DNA of 64,000 nucleotides from IMG/VR virus record IMGVR_UViG_3300032285_002884; one strand, written 5' to 3'. Position 1 is the first letter of the stretch. Each line of letters starts with the position of its first letter. Below, piece by piece: positions 25,902 to 34,400 of this stretch. Origin of the DNA: a virus. Below the pieces are notes generated by a model. The model was not told the DNA's origin and did no database searches. It saw only the letters and a program-made list of their open reading frames with translations. Position numbers and translations under genes: made by a program.

Positions 25902-26015
25902 TCAACCCTTCTGCCGAGCCTTCTTGCGGTCATAGGAGCCCTTGCCCCTGCGGGGCTTGACGACTCGTTGACGGTACTTGGACTCGGCGAGGGCCTTGGC
26001 ATATGGGCAGCGCAT
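25902..26015 (-). CDS. ArfA-like ribosome rescue factor (37 aa)
   Basis: MRCPYAKALAESKYRQRVVKPRRGKGSYDRKKARQKG; own promoter and AGGAAGGA SD. Confidence 0.7.
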   Translation of the reverse strand: MRCPYAKALAESKYRQRVVKPRRGKGSYDRKKARQKG

Positions 26016-26103
26016 GACTCGTTCCTTCCTGATCATGATGTTATCCTATCATGGAAACGATTTTTTGTCAACTCATCCAAGGCATACCTGCCATGACGAG
26101 AAG

Positions 26104-26286
26104 TCATGGCTCATTGATCTCTTCCTCGTAGGTAAACACCCAGTAACCGACGGGGCTGGGCTTCCCCATGTAGGTAGGCAGGGTCAGGGGCTTGACGTTG
26201 TACTTGCGGATGAGCATGGCAAGGTAGGCATGACCCTGAGCCTCCGTGAACGTATCCCTAGACCTAATCACTTTCTTCTTCTTCAT
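26104..26286 (-). CDS. Hypothetical protein
   Basis: MKKKKVIRSR; ATGA-coupled to upstream micro-ORF. Confidence 0.5.
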   Translation of the reverse strand: MKKKKVIRSRDTFTEAQGHAYLAMLIRKYNVKPLTLPTYMGKPSPVGYWVFTYEEEINEP

Positions 26287-26475
26287 CTCGACCAATACAC
26301 CAGCAACACGACCAACACGACGACCAGATGGAGGGCCAGCCACACGACTCAGCTCCCTATTATCAAGAACGATACCAGTATGAACACCATTATAGAGAGC
26401 AGACCCATGACCTACCCCACGACCAGCAAGTAGACCAGACCACCCAGCACGACCAGCTCCAGTATAGAGACCAGA

Positions 26476-26811
26476 CTACTCATCGAGAAGCTTCCTACTG
26501 ACAGCAGTCCAACCCATCAGGTCTTCCGACCTACGAGTATGACCTACCGGCGGAGCTGACAATCGACCCGGAACGCTACCCGGCTCACGACCTGCACTGT
26601 ACCTCTCCCGAAGATATACTCCGACAGCTTCACGAATACAAGCAGAAGGATCCTTACCAATAGACACCGCGTAGTCATACAGCCTCTCGTACAAGATCTC
26701 GTTCATTCTAAAGGATACGATACGGTTCTCCATACCACGCTTATTAGTATAGAAAGTAGTAGCCTCGTCGTGCTTTCGATGCTTCCTAGGCTTATCTTCC
26801 CTCTTACGCAT
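26476..26811 (-). CDS. Ribbon-helix-helix (CopG-like) protein
   Basis: IVSFRMNEILYERLYDYA..GKDPSACIREAV..YL. Confidence 0.6.
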   Translation of the reverse strand: MRKREDKPRKHRKHDEATTFYTNKRGMENRIVSFRMNEILYERLYDYAVSIGKDPSACIREAVGVYLRERYSAGREPGSVPGRLSAPPVGHTRRSEDLMGWTAVSRKLLDE

Positions 26812-27129
26812 ATAGTCTTTCCCTATAAAGAAACAAACGGCACCTATAAAGATACCAATACAATGACCAGAGTATAGACCAGCATCGATACCAGCCATTA
26901 GACCAGCATGTAGACCAATAGAATGGCCTACAGTTGGGCCTATTCTTAGATCAGAACACTGATCCTCCTGACCTATTTATTAAAAAAGGCCAAAGTTTGT
27001 AATACTAGTATGACTATGCCTCCGGCAGCCCAGAGCCAACTAGGCCACCAGAGAGCACACCTATATAGCGGCCAGAACAGTAACCTGCACTGAGACCTAA
27101 AGAGAGACCAGTAATCGCGCCAGATCTAG

Positions 27130-27444
27130 TCAGTTGTACGTGCGCACTTCTGCTAAGTACACGTCGAACCGAGAGCCGTGCTCTTTGCGGATGCACTGAG
27201 AAGACCAGCGGTAGTACAGACCACCGCGGCGGTAGAGTGAAGCAAAGGGAGAGTCCTTGCCGAGACGAGCCCGCACTACTACACGGAACCGCTTGGTGTA
27301 CATCTTGGGCTTACCCTTCGACTCGGCCACGATCTCCTCGGCCTTCTGCTCGAGGCCCATGAGCTTGGCCTTGACTTTCAGGTCGGCGATGCGAGTGTCA
27401 GAGAGGTCGGTCGTGGTGAACCGGTAGGCGGAGGTGCGAGTCAT
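27130..27444 (-). CDS. Early hypothetical protein
   Basis: FRVVVRARLGKDSP...FDVY; cassette. Confidence 0.7.
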   Translation of the reverse strand: MTRTSAYRFTTTDLSDTRIADLKVKAKLMGLEQKAEEIVAESKGKPKMYTKRFRVVVRARLGKDSPFASLYRRGGLYYRWSSQCIRKEHGSRFDVYLAEVRTYN

Positions 27445-27516
27445 GCAGTGTTTCCTTACTGTTGATAGAATCATTATACCATATTTGGATTAAATGTCAA
27501 GGCACTTGTTCAGTGC

Positions 27517-27717
27517 TTAACCCATATCGTTGAGGCCGGACTCGACCTCGTCGGCCACTCTGAGTACGATCTGGCCGACGACGGGCATGAGCTTGTCCTC
27601 GAGGGCTCCGGTGAGCGAGTCGAGGAAGTAGTCGTCGAACTCGTAGGAGGCCTTGTTGAACGCGTTGAGGATGGCCTCCGTGACCGGTATCCGGAGAGTG
27701 ACTGTGATCTCTTTCAT
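27517..27717 (-). CDS. Early hypothetical protein
   Basis: Cassette with AAGGAAAGG SD. Confidence 0.65.
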   Translation of the reverse strand: MKEITVTLRIPVTEAILNAFNKASYEFDDYFLDSLTGALEDKLMPVVGQIVLRVADEVESGLNDMG

Positions 27718-27909
27718 GGGTAACCCTTTCCTTGATTATGATTAAATCTATCACGGTTCTCATTATTTGTACACCACCTTTTAGGCATAGGTGGTATGAC
27801 TTTTTTGCATACCTCCGGAGGCGCGCAGGTCCAGCGTTCCCATTCTACTCCCTTTCGGGTATCTTTGAATTAAGAATATAGTATCACAAGAAAGATTATT
27901 TGTCAACCC

Positions 27910-28098
27910 TTATTTCTCGAGGTCGACGATCTTTTCCTCGATTGAGGAGATGACTTCCTCGATGGCGCAGTGGAGGTCGTAGCACTCGATGGCCTCAGAG
28001 TCTTGAGTGTCGACGAAGGCAGCCTGCATTTGGGAGTCCGCGGCGTCGAGGATGTCGATGGCGTTTTTGAGGAGGGCGATGCGTTCGAGGTTTGTCAT
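27910..28098 (-). CDS. Early hypothetical protein
   Basis: Cassette with AGGAAAGG SD. Confidence 0.65.
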   Translation of the reverse strand: MTNLERIALLKNAIDILDAADSQMQAAFVDTQDSEAIECYDLHCAIEEVISSIEEKIVDLEK

Positions 28099-28465
28099 GT
28101 TTGGTCCTTTCCTGATCATGATTAAATCTATCACGGTTCCAATTATCTGTCAACTCATTTCAGGCATACCTGCCATGACGAGAAGTCATACCTCTGGAAG
28201 CGCGCAGGGCCGACGTTCCCATCCCCTTGGATTAAGATAATAGTATCACAGATTCGAATAAATGTCAACCCCCCTATCTCGATAGACTGTGTTCTGGAGA
28301 GAGGCCTCAAAAATGGGCCGAAAACAGCCCTGAAAACCCTGCATTGAGGCCCAAAACCCAGGGTTTCGAGGCCTTTTTTGGGCCGTTTTTGAGGCACTTC
28401 CAGAAACCCTGCACAGCACTGCTCTGGGTAGGGTACCATGGCTGGCCCGTGTAGAACCCTGCGTT

Positions 28466-28594
28466 CTATCGCGAGAGGCTGTAGACGCACACGGAGTGGG
28501 AGTGGCTGACCTCGCACTGGGCCATGGAGCCGTCGTCGCGGAGGACGAGGTAGACGGAGGCGAGGATGCCGAGGACGATGAGGAGCTTGGCCAT
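28466..28594 (-). CDS. Small membrane protein (42 aa)
   Basis: MAKLLIVLGILASVYLVLRDD... Confidence 0.55.
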   Translation of the reverse strand: MAKLLIVLGILASVYLVLRDDGSMAQCEVSHSHSVCVYSLSR

Positions 28595-28595
28595 G

Positions 28596-28805
28596 TCAGT
28601 TGCCTTTCGTGAGGAGGTCGCGGAGGAGGAAGAGGGTGGTGAGCATCTCGTCGAGGCAGTTGATCTCGGTGATCTGGGCCTCGGTGGGACGGGAGTAGGT
28701 GTCGAGGGCGGTCAGGCGGGTCTTGATGGCCCCGATCCGGTAGGAGACGAGGAGGGTAGGGTCGGCGTAGATGTGGTCCATGGCGGACATCGCGGTCTTA
28801 GACAT
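28596..28805 (-). CDS. Early hypothetical protein
   Basis: First gene of the leftward arm; promoter 28860-28832. Confidence 0.65.
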   Translation of the reverse strand: MSKTAMSAMDHIYADPTLLVSYRIGAIKTRLTALDTYSRPTEAQITEINCLDEMLTTLFLLRDLLTKGN

Positions 28806-28961
28806 TGGTGTTTCCTTTTTGATCATGATACATCCTACCATGGATCGGGATATTTGTCAACCCCTGAGGTATGACATTTTGTCATAGGAGGTATACCGTA
28901 GGAGGGTTGACATTTATTGGCGGTGATGGTATATTAAATCATGATCAAGAAAGGACTCCAT

Positions 28962-29126
28962 ATGAACCGCTACCGCTGCACCTTCATCCCCTTCACCCCG
29001 TGGCACGGGCCCGAGTACAACTACGGCATGGTCATCTACCACGACAAGACTAATGGGGCCACCCCGAGCTCCTGCAACTGGATAATCCTCGACATCGACG
29101 ACCGGTGGAACTCAGATATCGGTTGA
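28962..29126 (+). CDS. Early hypothetical protein
   Basis: First gene of the rightward arm; TTGACA at 28907. Confidence 0.6.
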   Translation: MNRYRCTFIPFTPWHGPEYNYGMVIYHDKTNGATPSSCNWIILDIDDRWNSDIG

Positions 29127-29180
29127 CATCTACCCAGACTCGTGTATAATAGATCTATCAGCAGTGACAAAGGAATCAGC

Positions 29181-29342
29181 ATGAAGCTCACGTTCACAAG
29201 CCTCCTAGCCCTAGTGTTCATCACCCTCAAGCTCGTGGGGTACATCGACTGGTCGTGGCTCTGGGTGCTGGCCCCCATCTGGGTAGAGTGGCTCGTCGCG
29301 GGCGTGCTCGTCTCCATCGACGTCTCGCTGAGGGGCAAGTGA
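29181..29342 (+). CDS. Small two-TM membrane protein
   Basis: FITLKLVGYIDWSWLWVLAPIW. Confidence 0.75.
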   Translation: MKLTFTSLLALVFITLKLVGYIDWSWLWVLAPIWVEWLVAGVLVSIDVSLRGK

Positions 29343-29506
29343 TGGGGTACGACCGCCTCGCCGAGCTCGTGGTGGACTACTGCGCCTCCCGCAACCTCGA
29401 CCTCGAGTACTACGTCCAGGGGCTGCTCAGGGGTGGTCCCCTGTCAGAGCCCATGGTCGCCACCCTCATCCGCTACCACAGGGACTGGCTTCGGATCGAG
29501 GTATGA
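29342..29506 (+). CDS. Hypothetical protein
   Basis: Coupled ORF. Confidence 0.55.
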   Translation: MGYDRLAELVVDYCASRNLDLEYYVQGLLRGGPLSEPMVATLIRYHRDWLRIEV

Positions 29507-29595
29507 CTTCTAGTCATAGGAGGTATACCGATAGGGGGTTGACAAATAATGGTACCCGTGGTATATTAAATCATAATCAAGGAAAGGACTACCCC

Positions 29596-30156
29596 ATGAA
29601 GCTCTCCACCCCCTTCGCCCACTTCGCCCCTCAGGTCGAGCTCGCCGGCCTCACCCCCGTCAAGCAGTCCGACTCGATCTACTTCGTCAAGGTCGGCTCG
29701 GTCAAGGTCGAGTTCAACTGCAACTCCGGTACGTTCAAGGTCATCGCCGGCGCCCCGCTGGCTGCCATCACGGACGCCCTGTCGGACTGGACCATCGTCT
29801 CCCGCAACAAGGGCTGGACGGTCATCGCCATCCCTGCCCTCGGCGTCTCGGGCTCGTCTGAGATCGTCGCCTCGTTCATCCGTCTGGCCCACGAGGTCGG
29901 CTCGGTGACTCCCCTCAAGGCCAAGGCCGAGAAGGTCGCCAAGGCCCCTAAGCAGAAGACGGTCAAGATGTCGTCGATCCTCAAGGTGGTCGGCAAGAAC
30001 TTCTCTGAGAAGCAGGCCATCCGCGCCCGCAACCTCGAGCTCATGAAGAAGGTCTCGGCCCGACTCAAGGGCGACGAGCAGGAAGCCCTCCCCTCCTTCG
30101 ACTCCTTCGAGGAGCAGGGTGAGCGTCTCGACCTCCGCGAACTGGGAGTGATGTGA
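29596..30156 (+). CDS. Early hypothetical protein
   Basis: Cassette; strongly biased codons. Confidence 0.75.
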   Translation: MKLSTPFAHFAPQVELAGLTPVKQSDSIYFVKVGSVKVEFNCNSGTFKVIAGAPLAAITDALSDWTIVSRNKGWTVIAIPALGVSGSSEIVASFIRLAHEVGSVTPLKAKAEKVAKAPKQKTVKMSSILKVVGKNFSEKQAIRARNLELMKKVSARLKGDEQEALPSFDSFEEQGERLDLRELGVM

Positions 30157-30157
30157 G

Positions 30158-30427
30158 ATGGGTAGGTTCACAGTCAGTCACGTGCCGCGCGTCTATATAG
30201 ACTACACGGCCGATCAGTGGGAGCTCTACGACCATCCGGACTCGGTCGTGGCCGCTCAGGCCCTGAACCGCGTCTTCGTGGAGCTCGTCGACGTCGGCTA
30301 CGGTCGAGATCAAGTCATGATGGGTATGGAGGTCGTCATGCGGCTCTGGGCCCACGTCGGCGCTCTGGACAGCGAGCCCTACCGCACACTGCAGTACCTC
30401 CTGGACAAGACGTTCCCGGTGGATTGA
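30158..30427 (+). CDS. Early hypothetical protein
   Basis: GALDSEP motif; stop in next -35 box. Confidence 0.7.
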   Translation: MGRFTVSHVPRVYIDYTADQWELYDHPDSVVAAQALNRVFVELVDVGYGRDQVMMGMEVVMRLWAHVGALDSEPYRTLQYLLDKTFPVD

Positions 30428-30480
30428 CATTTATTCCCCTCTATGGTACTATCTTAATATAATATAACAGGAGCCAATTG

Positions 30481-30888
30481 ATGTCAACTTCAGTCACGCT
30501 ACCCGCCGGCCGCTATCTCATAGGCGACCTCTGCTACCTCGATCAAGAAGATGCGGATGAGCTGTTCGCTGATTATCAGCCGGGCAGGGTTAGGACCCTT
30601 CACGATGGTCGCAAGTACGTCTATCTCAACACCGCGTACGGCGACGGTGAGTACCTCGATCAGGACGGTGAGGGCTACTTCGTCGACAGCGGCACGATCG
30701 GCGTCATCCAGTTCGACGGCGTCGCGTCTACGGGCATGGGACGGACTCACGACTTCCCAGAGCCCTTCGAGGTCTACTCTGAGGACGGGCTGCTCGTCTT
30801 CGGACACGTGTGCATCCAGACGGGCGCCACTGACGAGGCCCGCGACTGGGGCATGGAGTGGTACGACACTAGCATGGAGCTCGCGTGA
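30481..30888 (+). CDS. Early hypothetical protein
   Basis: YLIGDLCY, TAYGDGEY, VDSGTIG. Confidence 0.75.
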   Translation: MSTSVTLPAGRYLIGDLCYLDQEDADELFADYQPGRVRTLHDGRKYVYLNTAYGDGEYLDQDGEGYFVDSGTIGVIQFDGVASTGMGRTHDFPEPFEVYSEDGLLVFGHVCIQTGATDEARDWGMEWYDTSMELA

Positions 30889-30994
30889 TGATCGAGATCG
30901 GACCCAACTTAATGGTGGCTATCGAGGTCGTATGCGCGGTACTCGGCGGCACTTCATTCTTGTTTTTCATGTACAGACTGGTGAGGGATAACTA

Positions 30995-31342
30995 ATGACT
31001 AAGATCGTATACAACGGCAGCTACGGCGGGTTCAGCCTGTCTGAGAAGGCTGTACAGCGCTACTCGGATCTGGCTGGGCTAGGTCTCACCTACAAGAAAC
31101 ATGAAGATTCACCGTGGAGTAATTGGTATACACCCGGTGGTGAGTGTTGGTATGATAGGGATCTGAATCGCTCAGATCCCCTGCTGGTGCAGGTGGTCGA
31201 GGAGCTGGGTGAAGAGACTAATGGTCTATACGCGCGCCTGGATATCATGGACCTCCCTGAGGGTACTCTGTACCGCATCGACGAGTACGACGGCATGGAG
31301 TCGGTGATGACGCAGGACGACTACGATTGGAGTGTGGCGTGA
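30995..31342 (+). CDS. Conserved-looking phage hypothetical protein
   Basis: YGGFSLS, RSDPLLVQVVEELG, YRIDEYDGMESV. Confidence 0.8.
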   Translation: MTKIVYNGSYGGFSLSEKAVQRYSDLAGLGLTYKKHEDSPWSNWYTPGGECWYDRDLNRSDPLLVQVVEELGEETNGLYARLDIMDLPEGTLYRIDEYDGMESVMTQDDYDWSVA

Positions 31343-31424
31343 TGACTCTTGCGTGGATCTGCTACGGATATGATGAAGAGGAACCAGTGATCCTGTTCGA
31401 TGAGCCAGAGCGTTATATGGATTA

Positions 31425-31476
31425 TGCTCGAGTGATCCCCATCGTGTTTGCTCGAGTGATCCCCATCGTGTTTGCT
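31425..31476 (+). repeat. 24-bp perfect tandem duplication within small ORF 31342-31498
   Basis: tgctcgagtgatccccatcgtgtt x2 (ARVIPIVF x2). Confidence 0.9.
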
Positions 31477-31496
31477 GAGTTGAAGGAGAAGAAGTG

Positions 31497-34400
31497 ATGC
31501 TGCGTTGGTTATGGGACCTGCTGTTCACTCGCAGCCAGTGGACTATTATAAACACATACCCTCTGGTCTGGGGTGCTAATACTACCCCACACGGCACGCG
31601 CTACGTCCTGCAGGATCAATGGGGTAACATCAAACAGAAAGATGTGACGTCATGACTAGGTTTCAGATTAGAGCCCACGCGCTGGTCACCCTGATCATGA
31701 TCTTCGGCGGGTGCACACTCCTTGGGTACGCCACTAGTTGGCTGGTAGGCCTCGGCGTGTTCTTTAGCCTGTGGGGTCTCGCTGGAGTCATAGAGATGAT
31801 CATTGGATGGAGAAGTGAGTGATGGACGGTTACACGATTGAGGACGATGGCAAGGGCAACATCAGGTTGCGCTGTGAACACGGTGAGGAATATACCCGCA
31901 CCTCAGCCATTGGAATGTTCTGCGACAAGCAAGATTGCACCTGCGAGTTCCTGACACGCGAGATGATGGCTGACATCGGTCAGTTCATGAAACAGTTAGG
32001 CTTCTCAGAGACACCACCTGCAGCAGGTTGGAGATAAGTGATGGGTGCAAGAGAGGACATACACGAGCTTCGTGCAGTAATAGCTATGCACGATGTAGTC
32101 TATGGCGACAGGATCAAGGAGCTCGAGTCCGTCATCCGTGAGATCCTATCGCAGATCGATCAGGGCGGGTCAGGTGGTAAGGTATTTGCTCGGGATTATT
32201 GTATCGAGCGTGCACGTGATGTGATGGAGAAGAAGTGATGTACACGGTCACTAACACTTATTACGGCACAGGTGAGGGTCTCACGTACATGGTTCTGTTC
32301 ACCAAGGGTTACGTGAATTTTAGCTAGGAGAAGAGTGATGAAGTACATCAAGAAGCCCATCCCAGTCGACGCGTGGCAGATCGACACGCTGGAGATCGAG
32401 CACCAGGGGAACATCCCTGACTGGGTGCACGAGGCGCTGAAGGCTGATAGAATAATGAGAGGCTACAGGTGTCTTATCATACTCTCACTTGAGGGAATGA
32501 TGGCTGCTCATGACGGAGACTACCTCATCAGGGGTCCCAAGGGCGAGTACTGGTTCAACAAGCGAGACATCTTCGAGGAGATGTACGAGCCGGTTGACAA
32601 ATAGTCTGATGTGGTGTACTATGGCTATATTAGCAATGGAGGCGGGTGATGAGCGGCGGGCACTTCGACTACAATCAGAATAGGATCCTATACATAATCG
32701 AGGACATCGAGCGTCTCTTTGATGGAGATGTAAGGTACAGCCCTGGGACTATGGTGGAGTTCGGTGAGGCCATACGTGCGTTGAAGATTGCTTATGTGTT
32801 TGCCCAGCGTATCGACTGGCTGGTGTCTGGCGACGACGGCGAGGACACGTTCCACAAGCGCCTCAAGCAAGAATTATATGAGTTGAAGTGATGCACATTG
32901 ATGGCTTCGTGATTGTGCCTCCTCTCAATCTTTGGGATGAGAAGGACAGAGAGACAATTATACCACGCATGTCTTATAATACTTTTGCTTTAACAGCAAC
33001 GGAAGCATGGGCTAGACACGCTCAGGTACAACCATACGAAGATGACTACTCCAGGAGAGTTCAAGCTTGGCATGACAATGGATACCGCCTCAGAGAAGCC
33101 ACACTAACTATCAAGGGAGTAGAGTAATGATGCACAGCACGTACGACGAACAGAGAATACTAGACTGGATTGCTAAACGGGATGACGGCGAACACTTTAC
33201 GCGGGATACCGTAATCAACCACCTGTCTCCTATCAGCTTTAGTCTCGTCGACTATATCCTTGATCGGGAGGTCGAGAGGGGCAGCATATATCAGAGTGGC
33301 CCGACGGGTAAGTACTACATGAAGAAGGATTCTTATAGGATGGACACTGGAATTGAAGAGGCGCGGCGGGTAGTACACTGGATCGACATGCTGCGAGATG
33401 ATCGGACGTTCACGCGTAAGGACGTCTTTAATGAGTTGAACGGCGACGGCTTGCCCGTTCCGATGTCGGTGATCGACAACGTGCTGGACTGGCAGGTCAT
33501 CAACGGAAAAGTAGAAGTCGTCTCTAGCATGTCTAGCCTGATGCGCACCGTACTGAGGAAGGTCAAGAAAGTGGACAATGAAGTTCGTAGGCAGCTCGAC
33601 GAGATCGAGGCCCTCCTCAAGAAGATCTCCGAAAAGGTAGACGCGCTCCCCGACAAGAAGCCCCGTCTGTGGCGCCCGATGACCCACTCGACAGACCATA
33701 ACAGCCCCGCATTCTTCGCCGTCAACGGCAGTCTCATCGACGTCATGCTCGCGAGCGGCGAGGTGGTGACTAAGATGGAGCGCACTCGAGTCCCCGTGAG
33801 GGACTACCCCGACGACCCCAGGAACGTGATCGCTTGGCGGGAGTCAGAGTGATGAGTGACCATTATGAGGAGCTCCCTCTCAAAGCGGTGGTGTCCATGA
33901 TCTACGAGGACGAGATCGAGAGTCTAAATGCCTTCAAGAAAGTGGTGAGGTTCATCTGCAGCGACAGCATTGAGCTGAGCTACGAGAAGGCCGTGCTGCA
34001 GCGGGACGACTGGAAGAAGCGCTGCGAGCATGCACTCGAAGAGTACCACAGCGCTGGAGGACGATACAGTGTCACAAGAAATGATTGAGAAGTTCGCCAT
34101 CCGACTAGCCCTAGGCAACAACGGCGGCAAGTGGGCAACGCACTACAACGAGGATCAGAAGGAGCACTGGCGACAGTTCGTCCGTGACCTAATCAAGGAG
34201 CTGAGTGATGGACTTTAAGTGGTACTTCATCATGATGACGGTGGTCGCCGCGCTGATCTTCGGTGGGATCGGCGTCTCCGAGTGGCGCAAGATGGACTGT
34301 CGACTCTCGCTTGGTCAGGCAGGGCGTCCCGTAGCCGAGATCACGGAGATCTGCAAGTGAACCGCCGCTCCCTATTTGGAATGTTCGCCCTCTCTCCCCT

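Larger units (their letters stand above)
25636..29530. repeat. Dispersed ~32-bp motif upstream of early promoters (6 copies)
   Basis: GGCATACCTGCCATGACGAGAAGTCATACCTC-like at about 25636, 26081, 27784, 28163 and inverted at 28866, 29498. Confidence 0.85.

Noticed and set aside
25636-29530. Repeated ~32-bp motif as a CRISPR array or integron attC sites
   Set aside because: Spacing is irregular and gene-sized, copies are tied to promoters in both orientations, and there is no cas or integrase gene in the window.
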